The notes: generated by a model not told the origin, from the letters alone. Numbered from the stretch's first letter, positions 46,991 through 57,926 are shown. The stretch: 64,000 nt of DNA from a bacterium (GCA_963676395.1 OY781066.1:1408001-1472000), one strand, 5' to 3'. A program made the numbers and translations.

Positions 46991-48328
46991 TTGAAGCTAT
47001 CTACATTTAAGAAAGGTCTTCACGCAGAAGACTACAAGTATTTCAGTCAAGATAAGGCGATTGAAACATTGCCTTTACCTGATGATGTTTACATTCCTTT
47101 ACAACAGCATATCGGTGCGCCATGTGAGGTAATCGTTGCTAAAGGAGATAAAGTAAAAACCGGCCAGATTATTGCGAATACTGATGCCTTCGTCGCGGCA
47201 CCGATCCATTCAACAGTAACAGGCGTGGTAAAGGATATTCAAAAATATTATCACCCTCTCGGCATGCGTGCGACCATGATCCACATTAAACGAGAAGCTG
47301 AAGATGAATGGGTAAAGTTAGATAAGATCGATGACTGGAAATGGGCGAAGAAAGAAGATGTCATCAAGGTGATCCGTCAGGCCGGTATTGTCGGTTTAGG
47401 CGGCGCCACTTTCCCAACTCATGTTAAACTTTCACCTCCAGATGATAAAACCATTGATTCTTTTATTTTGAATGGTGTTGAATGTGAGCCTTATCTGACT
47501 TCAGATGATCGTATGATGATCGAACAGACAGATAAGATACTTGAAGGTATGGCCATCATGATGCACATTCTTGATGTGAAAAGAGGGTACATCGGTATAG
47601 AAAACAATAAACCCGAAGCTATTGCGCAAATGAAAAAACGTGTGGTGGAATTGGGCTACCCTTTTAAAGTTGTTCCGTTGAAGGTTAAGTATCCTCAGGG
47701 TGCAGAAAAGATGTTGATTTATTCCGTGTTGAAACGCAATGTACCTGCCAATAAATTACCAATGGATGTTGGTGTTGTTGTAAATAATGTTGGTACGGCT
47801 TTGGCTGTTCAGCAGGCCATTATTGACCAAAAACCTTTGGTCGAACGCGTTGTTACTGTTACCGGTGATGGTGTGAATGAACCTAAGAACTTGATGGCTC
47901 GTATTGGTACACCTTTTGCAAATCTTTTTGAAGCCTGCAATGGTGTGAAAGATGAAGTACATAAAATATTTATGGGCGGCCCTATGATGGGTATGACCCA
48001 ATATCATTTAGAATCACCAGTGGTAAAAGGCAGCTCGGGTATTGTTGCCGTAACAGGTGATCTGATAGAAGAAATTTCACAATTCCCTTGTATTCGCTGT
48101 GGAGCATGTGTTGATGTATGTCCTATGAGTTTGATGCCTCTTCGATTGTCTAAGTTTTCACAGGCAAGAGAAGTTGATAAGCTTGAAGACTTCGGTGCAA
48201 TGAGCTGTATTGAATGCGGTTCTTGTTCCTTTATTTGTCCCGCGCATATTCCAATTGTTCAATGGATCAAAGTGGGTAAAGTCAGAGTCCGGGAAGCGGC
48301 AGCGAAAAAGGCAAAGGAGACAAAATGA
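46991..48328 (+). CDS. rnfC: Rnf complex subunit C
   Basis: PLQQHIGAP, GLGGATFPTHVKL, ECEPYLT, KYPQGAEK, two CxxCxxCxxxCP clusters; TTG start inferred from the RBS. Confidence 0.95.
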   Translation: MKLSTFKKGLHAEDYKYFSQDKAIETLPLPDDVYIPLQQHIGAPCEVIVAKGDKVKTGQIIANTDAFVAAPIHSTVTGVVKDIQKYYHPLGMRATMIHIKREAEDEWVKLDKIDDWKWAKKEDVIKVIRQAGIVGLGGATFPTHVKLSPPDDKTIDSFILNGVECEPYLTSDDRMMIEQTDKILEGMAIMMHILDVKRGYIGIENNKPEAIAQMKKRVVELGYPFKVVPLKVKYPQGAEKMLIYSVLKRNVPANKLPMDVGVVVNNVGTALAVQQAIIDQKPLVERVVTVTGDGVNEPKNLMARIGTPFANLFEACNGVKDEVHKIFMGGPMMGMTQYHLESPVVKGSSGIVAVTGDLIEEISQFPCIRCGACVDVCPMSLMPLRLSKFSQAREVDKLEDFGAMSCIECGSCSFICPAHIPIVQWIKVGKVRVREAAAKKAKETK

Positions 48329-49416
48329 CAGATACAAAGAAAAGTCCCGAAGAAGTCAAAGCGACTCCTGTGGCTCCCGAAAAAGAAGTAAAAAAAGTAG
48401 AAGAAAAACCCCCTGTAAAACCAAAACCGGATCCTCGTCGCCGTTTGTTTAAATCAGATCGTATGACGATTGTAGCTCCGGCTCCTCATAATAAGGGTCG
48501 TCATTCGGTGCCTCGTATCATGTATACGGTCATCGCTGCGTTGATCCCTGCTGTTGTGATGGCACTGCTTTTCTTTGGCACACAAGCTATGGTAACCATT
48601 ATGGTTGCAATATTTGCAGCTATTGTTGCTGAATATGCTTGCAATCGTATAATGAAAACCGGTTTGACCATTGATGATGGTTCAGCTATTTTGACAGGTT
48701 TATTGCTGGCATTGACTTTACCGCCGACGTTCCCGATTTGGGCGACTGCACTGGGTGCCGTTGTAGCTATTGTTTTTGGTAAACAGGTTTTTGGCGGTTT
48801 GGGTGGGAATATATTTAACCCTGCTTTATTGGGTCGTGCTTTTTTACAAGCTTCTTTTCCCGTTCAGATCACAACATGGACTGCCCCCCAGTTTGGTCAA
48901 TTGGATGCCGTAACGGGAGCAACTCCCTTGGCCGCATTTTTCTCGGGTAACGGTGAAACACCTTTTGTTGATCTTCTTTTCGGTAATGTTGGTGGATGTA
49001 TTGGCGAAACCTCGGCATTGGCTATTTTGATCCCTGGAATTGTACTATTATTTATGCGTTATGCAGATTGGCGCATTCCCGTTTCATATCTTGGTACGGT
49101 GTTTGTCTTTTCCGGAATTTTATTTTGGATAGACCCTGTTGCTTATCCTCATCCTGTATTTATGTTATTGTCCGGTGGTTTATTACTGGGTGCTTTCTTT
49201 ATGGCAACCGATATGGTATCTTCACCGGTTACACCGAAAGGAACATGGATTTACGGTATCGGTATGGGTATTGTACTGGTACTTATCAGGGTCTGGGGTG
49301 GTTTACCCGAAGGTGTCATGTACTCCATTCTATTCATGAATGGTTTAGTACCGTTGTTGAATCGTTGGACGCGACCAAAATACTTTGGCGAGATTCAACA
49401 GGATACAAGGAAATAG
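48325..49416 (+). CDS. rnfD: Rnf complex subunit D
   Basis: GKQVFGGLGGNIFNPA, FMN site TGATPL, FMATD. Confidence 0.95.
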   Translation: MTDTKKSPEEVKATPVAPEKEVKKVEEKPPVKPKPDPRRRLFKSDRMTIVAPAPHNKGRHSVPRIMYTVIAALIPAVVMALLFFGTQAMVTIMVAIFAAIVAEYACNRIMKTGLTIDDGSAILTGLLLALTLPPTFPIWATALGAVVAIVFGKQVFGGLGGNIFNPALLGRAFLQASFPVQITTWTAPQFGQLDAVTGATPLAAFFSGNGETPFVDLLFGNVGGCIGETSALAILIPGIVLLFMRYADWRIPVSYLGTVFVFSGILFWIDPVAYPHPVFMLLSGGLLLGAFFMATDMVSSPVTPKGTWIYGIGMGIVLVLIRVWGGLPEGVMYSILFMNGLVPLLNRWTRPKYFGEIQQDTRK

Positions 49417-49425
49417 GAGGGGAGT

Positions 49426-50001
49426 ATGAATAGTACAGCAAAGATTATTATTGTTTTAACGATCATTACCATTATATCCGGTGCCGTTCTGGCTGTGTTG
49501 GATTCATTTACAGCACCCAGAATTGAAGCATATCAAAATAATCTCAAGAATGAGGCCGTCGCACAGGTATTGCCAAAAGGTGTGAAGGTAGAAGAGATCA
49601 CGAAAGATGGTACAACTATTTACAAGGCTACAAAAAAGGATAAAGAAGTCGGTTATGCTTTTCAGGTTTCCGGTGGTGGATACCAGAGTGAGCTTGTGAT
49701 TATGGTGGGAGTAACACCTGATTTTAAAAAGATCATTGGTACAAAGATGATTACTCAGGTGGAAACACCCGGATTGGGTACCAAGATCGAAGACGATCCT
49801 TCAAATAAAGACAATGCCGGGTGGTTTATGGCGCAGTTTGCCGGTGTAGCTTTAAGTCCGGAGATCACATATGTCAAGAATGCTAAACCTTCAAAAGCCA
49901 ATGAGATCGAAGCTATTACCGGGGCGACAATTTCATCGGCCGCGGTTGTGGATATCCTGAATAACGGTATTAAAGAGGCGAAAGCCTTGCTAAATAAATA
50001 A
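49426..50001 (+). CDS. rnfG: Rnf complex subunit G
   Basis: N-terminal TM, ETPGLG, ITGATISS FMN site. Confidence 0.95.
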   Translation: MNSTAKIIIVLTIITIISGAVLAVLDSFTAPRIEAYQNNLKNEAVAQVLPKGVKVEEITKDGTTIYKATKKDKEVGYAFQVSGGGYQSELVIMVGVTPDFKKIIGTKMITQVETPGLGTKIEDDPSNKDNAGWFMAQFAGVALSPEITYVKNAKPSKANEIEAITGATISSAAVVDILNNGIKEAKALLNK

Positions 50002-50022
50002 TTGATGTGTTGGAGTATGATT

Positions 50023-50625
50023 ATGAATAAAAAACCCGCAATTCAAGAATTTTTAAAAGGGCTTTGGGATGAAAATCCGGTACTCGTACAGCTACTGGGT
50101 TTGTGTCCGACCCTTGCGGTGACCGCCACTGCGGAAAATGGGTTGGCCATGGGGCTTGCCGCGACCTTCGTTCTGGTATGTTCATCTTTTCTTGTCTCAA
50201 TGTTTCGCAAAGTGATTCCCTCACAAGTTCGTATCGCAGCTTTTATTGTGATCATTGCAACTTTTGTGACCATTGCCGATAGATTTTTAGCCGCCTTTGT
50301 TCCAGACATCTCAAAAAGTCTCGGCCCCTTTATTCCCCTCATCATTGTAAACTGTATGATCCTCGGTCGCCAAGAAGCCTTTGCTTCCAAGAATGGCATT
50401 GGTCGTTCACTTTTAGATGCGCTGGGAATGGGACTTGGTTTTACGGCAACCTTGCTTGTGCTTTCTTCAATCCGTGAAATATTAGGAGCTGGCACATGGT
50501 TTGGTTTGACCCTCTTCCCAAGTGAATATGCATGGGGAGCTATGGCACTTGCGCCAGGTGCTTTTATTACTTTGGGTTGTTTGATCGCTGCCGCGAATTT
50601 GATCAATGAAAGGAGAAAAGCATGA
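50023..50625 (+). CDS. rnfE: Rnf complex subunit E
   Basis: ENPVLVQLLGLCPTLAV, PLIIVNC, APGAF; start moved to ATG 50023. Confidence 0.93.
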   Translation: MNKKPAIQEFLKGLWDENPVLVQLLGLCPTLAVTATAENGLAMGLAATFVLVCSSFLVSMFRKVIPSQVRIAAFIVIIATFVTIADRFLAAFVPDISKSLGPFIPLIIVNCMILGRQEAFASKNGIGRSLLDALGMGLGFTATLLVLSSIREILGAGTWFGLTLFPSEYAWGAMALAPGAFITLGCLIAAANLINERRKA

Positions 50626-51194
50626 ATCTTTTAGTTATCTTTATTTCAGCCGCATTGATCAATAACTTTGTATTGCAGCAGTTTTTGGGTATTTGTCCTT
50701 TTGTTGGTGTGTCCAAGAAAGTTGATTCGTCTTTTTCAATGGGACTGGCTACAACCTTTGTGATGATCATTGCCGCTATGGTAACTTGGTTGATCTACCA
50801 TCTTATCTTAGTACCTTTCAATTTACAGATCCTACAATATGTGGCTTTTATTCTTGTGATCGCATCACTGGTGCAGTTTGTGGAAATGTTCATTAAGAAA
50901 GTTTCTAAACCGCTTTATGATGCCTTGGGTATTTTCTTGCCTTTGATTACAACAAACTGTGCTATTCTTGGTTTGGCTTTAACGGCTGTTCTAAAAGAAT
51001 ACAGTTTTATGGAAACATTGGTTTATGGTATCGGTGCCGGTGTTGGTTTTACCATGGCACTGGTTATTATGGCCGGTATTCGTGAAGAATTGGAATTGGT
51101 AGATGTACCAAAATCATTTCAGGGTGCTGCCATAACCATGGTCATCGCCGGCTCACTCGCTCTTGCCTTTATGGGCTTTGCAGGAATAATCTAA
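50622..51194 (+). CDS. rnfA: Rnf complex subunit A
   Basis: NNFVL..FLGICPFVGVSK, PLITTNCAILG. Confidence 0.93.
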   Translation: MNLLVIFISAALINNFVLQQFLGICPFVGVSKKVDSSFSMGLATTFVMIIAAMVTWLIYHLILVPFNLQILQYVAFILVIASLVQFVEMFIKKVSKPLYDALGIFLPLITTNCAILGLALTAVLKEYSFMETLVYGIGAGVGFTMALVIMAGIREELELVDVPKSFQGAAITMVIAGSLALAFMGFAGII

Positions 51195-51207
51195 GGAAGT
51201 AGTAGAA

Positions 51208-52056
51208 ATGGATATACAATCAATATTAATAGCAGCCTTATCAATGGGTGGATTGGGCTTGATCTTTGCCGTGATTCTGGCTATTGCAAACATTAAATTG
51301 CATGTAGAAGAAGACCCTCGTGTAACTCAGATCATGGAAGTGATCCCCGGCGCCAATTGTGGTGGATGTGGTTATCCCGGTTGCTCGGCATTTGCGGATG
51401 CGGTAGTCAAAGGTAATGCGCCGGTGAACGGTTGCCCTGTGGGTGGCGATGAATTTGCTGAACAGGTTGCCAAGATTATGGGTGTTGAAGTTGCTAAAGG
51501 CGAAAAGGTGGTCGCTCAATGTCAGTGCCAGGGTGGCATGGCAGAGATCGCTTACCAGGGCGAGTATCAAGGTGCTCAGTCTTGTATTGCTGCAACTTTG
51601 GTATCCGGTGGAAAGAAATTATGTGAATTCGGTTGTCTTGGACTTGGTGATTGTGCCGCTATTTGTCCTTTTGATGCTATCACTATCTCAGAAAATCGTT
51701 TGCCGATTGTGGATAAAGAAAAATGTGTTGCTTGTGGTAAATGTGTAGATGTTTGTCCTCGTGACCTGATGGAAATGCATCCAATTTCACATCGCGTGAA
51801 AGTGCTGTGTAAAAATCATGATATTGGTCGCTACGCCATGAAGGTCTGCACTCGCTCATGTATCGCTTGCGGACTTTGTGTTAAAAAATGTCCTTTTGAT
51901 GCCATTCATGTTATTGATGATTTGGCAACTATTGATTATGAAAAATGTAAGCAATGCGGACTTTGTGCAACGGTTTGCCCTCAAAATGCAATTGAACACG
52001 TAAAGAAACCACGAAAAGCAAAACCCAAACCTGCTCTCGAAGCAGATGAAACATAA
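51208..52056 (+). CDS. rnfB: Rnf complex subunit B
   Basis: PGANCGGCGYPGC and several 4Fe-4S motifs. Confidence 0.95.
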   Translation: MDIQSILIAALSMGGLGLIFAVILAIANIKLHVEEDPRVTQIMEVIPGANCGGCGYPGCSAFADAVVKGNAPVNGCPVGGDEFAEQVAKIMGVEVAKGEKVVAQCQCQGGMAEIAYQGEYQGAQSCIAATLVSGGKKLCEFGCLGLGDCAAICPFDAITISENRLPIVDKEKCVACGKCVDVCPRDLMEMHPISHRVKVLCKNHDIGRYAMKVCTRSCIACGLCVKKCPFDAIHVIDDLATIDYEKCKQCGLCATVCPQNAIEHVKKPRKAKPKPALEADET

Positions 52057-52068
52057 AATATTGGAGGT

Positions 52069-52096
52069 GTAGAGATGTAAAATATTGCATTTCTAC
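52069..52096. repeat. GTAG-type REP-like palindrome
   Basis: GTAGAGATGTAAAATATTGCATTTCTAC between rnfB and rseC. Confidence 0.6.
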
Positions 52097-52107
52097 ACTA
52101 TTTATTT

Positions 52108-52533
52108 ATGCCTACAAATGGAATAATATCAGAAAAACAAAACGGAAAGATCCATATAAAGATCGCTGATAATATGGACGCCTGTAAAGGCTGTGCCGCA
52201 CATGCGCTGTGTGGTAAAAAAGATTGTGATGATGCACAGATCATTTTGAATGATAGAGATGATCTGCAACTGAATGATAAAGTCGTGGTTGAAGAAGCGG
52301 GTGGATTGTTGATTAAAACATCACTGATCGCTTATGGTATCCCTATGCTTTTTTTTGCAGCTGGTATTTTTCTTGGCTTACTGATCCCAGAGATAGCGAT
52401 ACCAAAAGAATTGGTTCAATTCTTTTGTGGAATTATAACGCTCATCATCGGTGGTTTTGTTGGGCGATGGATAGCAAATATTGTTTCCCGACAAGTCGAT
52501 AAAAATATGATCGTGGAAAAAGTGGTAACTTGA
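52108..52533 (+). CDS. rseC: RseC family protein
   Basis: ACKGCAAHALCG cysteine motif, AYGIP, two C-terminal TMs; adjacent to rnf. Confidence 0.85.
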   Translation: MPTNGIISEKQNGKIHIKIADNMDACKGCAAHALCGKKDCDDAQIILNDRDDLQLNDKVVVEEAGGLLIKTSLIAYGIPMLFFAAGIFLGLLIPEIAIPKELVQFFCGIITLIIGGFVGRWIANIVSRQVDKNMIVEKVVT

Positions 52534-52600
52534 TTTGTCTAATTGACTAGGCGAGTAGGGAAACCAACTGATCTAAAGAATAAAGAATTAAAATTGCAGA

Positions 52601-52631
52601 GGCAGACTCTAGTGTCTGCTTTTTTATTTTT
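52601..52631 (+). terminator. Intrinsic terminator of the rnf operon
   Basis: GGCAGAC-tctagt-GTCTGCT followed by a T run. Confidence 0.8.
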
Positions 52632-52644
52632 AAGCTAAAAATTA

Positions 52645-52712
52645 TTCAACGAGTCGGTTCGCTTGTTATTCAACCGACTCGGTTCAAGTAATACCCAACC
52701 GAGTCGGTTGAA
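52645..52712. repeat. Three CAACCGASTCGGTT palindromes at 25-bp period
   Basis: Centres at 52653, 52678 and 52703. Confidence 0.85.
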
Positions 52713-52946
52713 AAATCACGACAATCTAGGTCCCAAAACCAGCTCCGAATGACACGATAAAATCATTGAATAGGTTAAGGATGTTTGGTAAAACCTTGTA
52801 TAATCTTGCGATAATTCGAATAATCATCGAAAATAGACGTAAATAATAATAATAAATCAAAATTCAATAAAATATGTTTGTTTTTTATAAATTCAGTTCC
52901 TATCTTAGCGCAGGTTTTTGAACAACAAAATGCAAAGGAAGAACTG

Positions 52947-55040
52947 ATGAAGCACACAGACTCCGATATTATGAAAGTATTTGGCGTCAATGTATTTGGC
53001 GATGCAGTGATGCGCGCGCGTTTGCCTAGAAATGTTTATGAAGAGCTTAAAGAGGTGATGGCTGGCCATAAAAAGCTTGAACCAAATGTAGCTGAAATTG
53101 TTGCCAATGCTATGAAGGATTGGGCGATTGAAAAAGGTGCTACTCACTATACGCATTGGTTTCAACCACTTACAGGTATTACGGCTGAAAAACACGAGTC
53201 CTTTGTATCACCTATCGGTAATGGTTCTATTACTATGGAATTTTCCGGTAAGGAATTGATTCAGGGTGAGCCGGATGCATCTTCTTTTCCCTCGGGTGGT
53301 TTGCGTGCAACATTTGAAGCACGCGGCTATACTATTTGGGATGTAACCTCACCGGCTTTTATTAAAGATGATGAGAACGGTAAAACGCTCTATATTCCTA
53401 CAGCATTTTCATCGTATACAGGTGAAGCCCTCGATAAAAAAACACCTCTTCTTCGATCAGCTGAAGCACTATCGAAACAAGTGATCCGCGTATTGAGATT
53501 GCTGGGTAATACAACGTCAGAATATGCGGTTCCCGAAGTGGGTCCTGAACAGGAATATTTTTTGGTTGATGAGGAATTATATAATAAACGCCTGGATCTT
53601 CAGATGACCGGTCGTACTCTTTTCGGTGCGCCTGCACCGAAGGGGCATGAGCTTGATGATCACTATTTTGGTTCGATCAAGGATAGGGTCTCTGAATTTA
53701 TGAATGACCTTGATATGGAGTGTTGGAAACTTGGTGTAACTGCTAAGACCCGTCATAACGAAGTAGCTCCCAATCAGTACGAATTAGCGGTTGTCTATGG
53801 TGAATGTAATATGACCATTGATCAGAATCATCTGGTTATGGATATTATGAAGCGAGTTGCCCGTCGTCATGGTTTGGTTTGTCTTCTACACGAAAAACCT
53901 TTTGCGCGTGTAAATGGTTCAGGAAAACATAACAACTGGTCAGTTGCTACTAATGATGGCATTAACTGTTTACGTCCCGGTAAAACTGCCGATGAAAATA
54001 AGCGATTCCTGCTTTTTATAGCGGCAGTGTTAAAAGCGGTTGACGAATATTCGGATCTTTTACGTCTTGCCGCTTCAACTCCGGGTAACGATCACCGTCT
54101 AGGTGGAAATGAAGCGCCACCGGCGATCATTTCTGCTTATTTGGGTCACACTCTGACTCGCTTATTAGATGGTTTGGAAGCAGGTGAAGTGCTGGAAATT
54201 ACAGAAAAAGAAATTTTTAAATCAAGTGTTTCGGCTTTACCTGATATTACAAAAGATGATACCGATCGTAACAGAACATCACCGTTTGCCTTTACGGCGA
54301 ATAAGTTTGAATTCCGTATGACATCTTCTAAGGGGTCGTTGGCCAGACCCAATATGATCCTCAATGCGATCATGGCAGATTCTTTATCTGATATTGCTGA
54401 TATGCTTGAAGAAAAGAAAGATGTCGAAGCTGTGATCAAGGAAGTATATTCCAAACATAAACGTATTGTTTTTAATGGTGACGGCTATTCCGCAGCATGG
54501 CATAAAGAAGCTGCAGAGCGTGGCTTGCCTCGTTTTGATAAGAGTGTTGATGTTTACCCCGAATTAACTTCGGCGAAAAATGTTGCTATGTTTGCGCGAC
54601 AAGGTGTAATGACCGAGAAGGAATTAATCGCTCGTCAGCATATATTTTTGGAAGACTATGTACTGAAAAACCGCATTGAAGCTAACACTATGATCATGAT
54701 GGCTCAGCGTCAGATCTTACCTGCAGTATTAAAATATCAGCGTATGGTAGCAGAAGATGCTCGACTTTTGGCTGAGGTTGCAGGAGATAATAAAGTAGCT
54801 CGTGATACTTTGAAAGTCCTTAATAAAAACCTAAGAGCATTTGCTGACGGTATTGAAGCCTTGAAAGCTGATCTTGAAAAACTGAGCGTTATGAGTGAAG
54901 AGGAAGCTCCGCTTTTCACCGGAGAAACACTCTTGGCGGATATGGAAACATTGAGAAAAGCCGGAGATGCACTTGAAGAGATTTGTGGTGAAGAGTACTG
55001 GCCTATGCCGACATATTCTGATCTATTATTCTATATCTAA
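52947..55040 (+). CDS. glnA: Glutamine synthetase type III
   Basis: [63 protein letters not shown]; start moved to ATG 52947. Confidence 0.95.
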   Translation: MKHTDSDIMKVFGVNVFGDAVMRARLPRNVYEELKEVMAGHKKLEPNVAEIVANAMKDWAIEKGATHYTHWFQPLTGITAEKHESFVSPIGNGSITMEFSGKELIQGEPDASSFPSGGLRATFEARGYTIWDVTSPAFIKDDENGKTLYIPTAFSSYTGEALDKKTPLLRSAEALSKQVIRVLRLLGNTTSEYAVPEVGPEQEYFLVDEELYNKRLDLQMTGRTLFGAPAPKGHELDDHYFGSIKDRVSEFMNDLDMECWKLGVTAKTRHNEVAPNQYELAVVYGECNMTIDQNHLVMDIMKRVARRHGLVCLLHEKPFARVNGSGKHNNWSVATNDGINCLRPGKTADENKRFLLFIAAVLKAVDEYSDLLRLAASTPGNDHRLGGNEAPPAIISAYLGHTLTRLLDGLEAGEVLEITEKEIFKSSVSALPDITKDDTDRNRTSPFAFTANKFEFRMTSSKGSLARPNMILNAIMADSLSDIADMLEEKKDVEAVIKEVYSKHKRIVFNGDGYSAAWHKEAAERGLPRFDKSVDVYPELTSAKNVAMFARQGVMTEKELIARQHIFLEDYVLKNRIEANTMIMMAQRQILPAVLKYQRMVAEDARLLAEVAGDNKVARDTLKVLNKNLRAFADGIEALKADLEKLSVMSEEEAPLFTGETLLADMETLRKAGDALEEICGEEYWPMPTYSDLLFYI

Positions 55041-55063
55041 AATAAGAAATACGCCTAATAGAA

Positions 55064-55098
55064 GAGAAAGCCTTTGACTTTTAGTCGAGGGCTTTCTC
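55064..55098 (+). terminator. Terminator-like hairpin after glnA
   Basis: GAGAAAGCCTTTGACT-ttt-AGTCGAGGGCTTTCTC. Confidence 0.75.
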
Positions 55099-55249
55099 GA
55101 TTATGTGTGTAAAATTGTTCGACCGCTTAATGATGGTTTAAGCTACTTAAAAGTAAATATTCGTTTATTCCGTAATTCCTTCTAAAACAATCTTGATTAT
55201 TTCGTTGTTATATTAGCGGAAAAAGTCGTGTGATCTTGTTAATGATATA

Positions 55250-55267
55250 ATGTGAAAAACATCACAT
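55250..55267. promoter_or_regulatory. Rex operator
   Basis: ATGTGAAAAACATCACAT matches the TTGTGAA-N4-TTCACAA consensus and lies upstream of rex. Confidence 0.75.
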
Positions 55268-55323
55268 AAATCTTGCTTGAGCAAAAAAAACATAATACAT
55301 TAAGGTGTTAAAGGAGAAGACAC

Positions 55324-55959
55324 ATGAATTTTAAGAATCACGTAACACGACTCTCACAGTACAAAGCAGCGCTTGAAAGAATGGATAATGAAGGAAATGA
55401 AAAAACGCATGCGGAAACCATTTCCAGCTTTATTGGTATTCCTGCAACCCAAATAAGAAAAGACTTTTCTCTTTTTGGAATTCGCGGAAATAAACGCGGA
55501 GGTTACGTTGTGAAAGATTTATTGGCAGAGTTAAAGGGTATTCTTGGAATTGACGAAAAGATCCCCGTGGTTCTGATCGGATATGGCCATCTTGGTAAGG
55601 CTTTAACCAGATATCCGGGTTTTCATAAAGGTTCTATCCGTATTATTGCCGCCTTTGATCCTGCCGTGGGTGCACTTTCAAATCAACCCACAGTTCCGGT
55701 TTTTCCTCCTGCAAGTATTCCGACCTTCCTAAAGAAAAATGGTGTAAAACATGCTATTCTTGCCGTGCCCGATGACGTAGCACAGGAAATGTTTGATAAG
55801 CTTTATATGCATGGTATTAGAGGATTTATAAATTTTTCTTCCATTCCATTGAATGTTCCCGCAGACGCGTATGTAAATAATGTGGATCTTGAATTGGAAT
55901 TGGAAACCGTAGTATTTTATACCAGAGAGTCGGAAAAAAATGAGCAAAAAGAAACTTAA
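55324..55959 (+). CDS. rex: Redox-sensing transcriptional repressor Rex
   Basis: QIRKDFSLFG...GY.V winged helix, GYGHLGKAL Rossmann motif, AFD, AILAVP, INF. Confidence 0.9.
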   Translation: MNFKNHVTRLSQYKAALERMDNEGNEKTHAETISSFIGIPATQIRKDFSLFGIRGNKRGGYVVKDLLAELKGILGIDEKIPVVLIGYGHLGKALTRYPGFHKGSIRIIAAFDPAVGALSNQPTVPVFPPASIPTFLKKNGVKHAILAVPDDVAQEMFDKLYMHGIRGFINFSSIPLNVPADAYVNNVDLELELETVVFYTRESEKNEQKET

Positions 55960-56203
55960 AGTCGAAATTTGCATGGGTTCTTCCTGCTTTAGCAGAGGGA
56001 ACAAACTTATTCTACCTATTTTACAGACTATGGTTAATAATAATGAGGTAAATGCTGAGCTTGTATTGACAGGTAGTCTTTGCAGTGAAAATTGCTCAAA
56101 AGGTCCGGTTCTTTTTGTTAATGATAAAATGTACGACCGGGTTCATCCCGATTCCGTAAAAGATCTATTGCTTCATTTGGCAGATGGAGCTGGCAATGAA
56201 TAA
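55940..56203 (+). CDS. Thioredoxin-like [2Fe-2S] ferredoxin (HfsA-like)
   Basis: ICMGSSCFSRG and CSENCSKGP. Confidence 0.9.
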   Translation: MSKKKLKVEICMGSSCFSRGNKLILPILQTMVNNNEVNAELVLTGSLCSENCSKGPVLFVNDKMYDRVHPDSVKDLLLHLADGAGNE

Positions 56204-57926
56204 TACTTATCCAATTTATACGGGTACGGCCGATTGCCAGGATTGCTATAAGTGTGTCCGTCATTGTCCCGTAAAAGCGATCCACATAGAGAATGGTAAA
56301 GCTTCTGTGATACCCGAAGATTGTATTCTTTGTGGTAAATGCGTATTGTTTTGTCCTTCGGGTGCGAAAAAGATCCGCGATGATTTAGAGAGAGTTAAGC
56401 AGTTATTGCGAATAAAAGATAGGGTTATTGTTTCTTTAGCTCCTTCATTTATCAATGAATTTGATAATGTATCAAAACAGCAATTGATCGCTGCTTTTAA
56501 AACTCTGGGTTTTTGGGGTGTTTCTGAAACTGCTTTAGGAGCTCAGGAAGTTTCTGCTCATGTAGCCGATTTATTATCAAATAGCAAAAAAGGGATATTT
56601 TTGTCTTCTGCTTGTCCTTCTGCTGTAGAGTTGGTTCGCAAACATTATTCGGAATTTCATTCTGTTGTTACAACATTAAAATCACCTATGCAGGCACATG
56701 CCACTCGTTTATTAAGGGAATATGGTACTAATATTACGATTGTTTTTGTAGGACCTTGTATTGCCAAGAAAGAAGAATCTGATCTTCATCCTGAGTTGGT
56801 ATCGGCATCTTTGACTTTTAAAGATATTCAGAAATGGTTTGATCAGGAGGGTATTGATCCTTCGAAACTTGATGCCGGTGCTGATGATATGTTTATTCCT
56901 GAAGATGCCAAAGAAGGTTCTTTATATCCCGTCGAAGGTGGGATGATCGCAGGTATTAAGGCTGAATGTTCTGTTGATGACCCCGCATTTATGAGTTTCT
57001 CGGGTGTAGGTGATATTCAAATGGCTTTAAGAGGTTTAGAAGAATTTGATCCGGATAAACCGGTTTTTATTGAATTATTGGCTTGTAAGGGTGGTTGTAT
57101 CAACGGACCGGCCAAATTAAGCGATAAATCCACTGTGCTGAAACGTTTTACCGTGTTGGAGGAGGGACAGCAACACAATAAAGCGCAAATCCCTCGTAAA
57201 CCACTGGAAGCGATCAATGAAGAATATATTCGTATTGTAAATGATGATGGTCATATTTGCGAAGCGGATATTCAGGAAGCTTTACATAAAATTGGTAAAT
57301 ATTCTAAAGATGATGAGATCAATTGCGGTGGATGTGGTTATTATTCCTGTCGGGATTTTGCTCGCGCTTTGATCAATGGAAGAGCTGAACGAGAAATGTG
57401 TGTAACTCGTATGCGTAAATTGGCATATAAGAAAGCCAATGCACTTTTAAAAGCGATTCCATCGGGTGTTGTGATTGTAAATGAAGATCTTAAGATCGTG
57501 GAATGTAATAAAAAATTCTCAAAACTTTTAGGTGAAGCGGAAGAACAGATATTTGATGCCAAACCCGGTATGGAAGGCGCAAGTCTGAAAAAGATCATTC
57601 CTTTTCATCACAATTTTTCAACCGTTCTTGAAAGCGGTGAAGACATTCTTGAAAAAGATTTTAAAATAGGTGAACAGATCATTCACGGTTCGATATTCAG
57701 TATCGAAAAAGGTCGCATTGTAGGGGGTGTATTTCAGGATATTACCAATCCTGCAATGCAACGTGACCAAATTATTGGTAAAACAAAAGAAGTGATCGAA
57801 AAGAATCTTGAAACAGTACAAAAGATCGCCTATCTCCTGGGTGAAAATGCTTCCGAAACACAGGTTGTGTTAGATTCTATCATCAACTCGTTTTCTATGG
57901 AACTGAAAGACAATGAAAGCAAGTAA
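56196..57926 (+). CDS. Sensory (group C, HydS/HfsB-like) [FeFe]-hydrogenase with PAS domain
   Basis: 2[4Fe-4S] N-terminus; H-cluster motifs SSACP, GPCIAKKEE, ELLACKGGCING; CGGCGYYSC; C-terminal PAS. Confidence 0.9.
   Translation: MNNTYPIYTGTADCQDCYKCVRHCPVKAIHIENGKASVIPEDCILCGKCVLFCPSGAKKIRDDLERVKQLLRIKDRVIVSLAPSFINEFDNVSKQQLIAAFKTLGFWGVSETALGAQEVSAHVADLLSNSKKGIFLSSACPSAVELVRKHYSEFHSVVTTLKSPMQAHATRLLREYGTNITIVFVGPCIAKKEESDLHPELVSASLTFKDIQKWFDQEGIDPSKLDAGADDMFIPEDAKEGSLYPVEGGMIAGIKAECSVDDPAFMSFSGVGDIQMALRGLEEFDPDKPVFIELLACKGGCINGPAKLSDKSTVLKRFTVLEEGQQHNKAQIPRKPLEAINEEYIRIVNDDGHICEADIQEALHKIGKYSKDDEINCGGCGYYSCRDFARALINGRAEREMCVTRMRKLAYKKANALLKAIPSGVVIVNEDLKIVECNKKFSKLLGEAEEQIFDAKPGMEGASLKKIIPFHHNFSTVLESGEDILEKDFKIGEQIIHGSIFSIEKGRIVGGVFQDITNPAMQRDQIIGKTKEVIEKNLETVQKIAYLLGENASETQVVLDSIINSFSMELKDNESK

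Noticed and set aside
50043..50606. 187-aa antisense ORF over rnfE, and similar antisense or shifted ORFs throughout
   Set aside because: Shadow frames of well-supported genes, with no motifs or RBS.
52645..52712. CRISPR array
   Set aside because: Three 14-15 bp units with roughly 10-bp spacers and no cas genes. Kept as a repeat finding instead.
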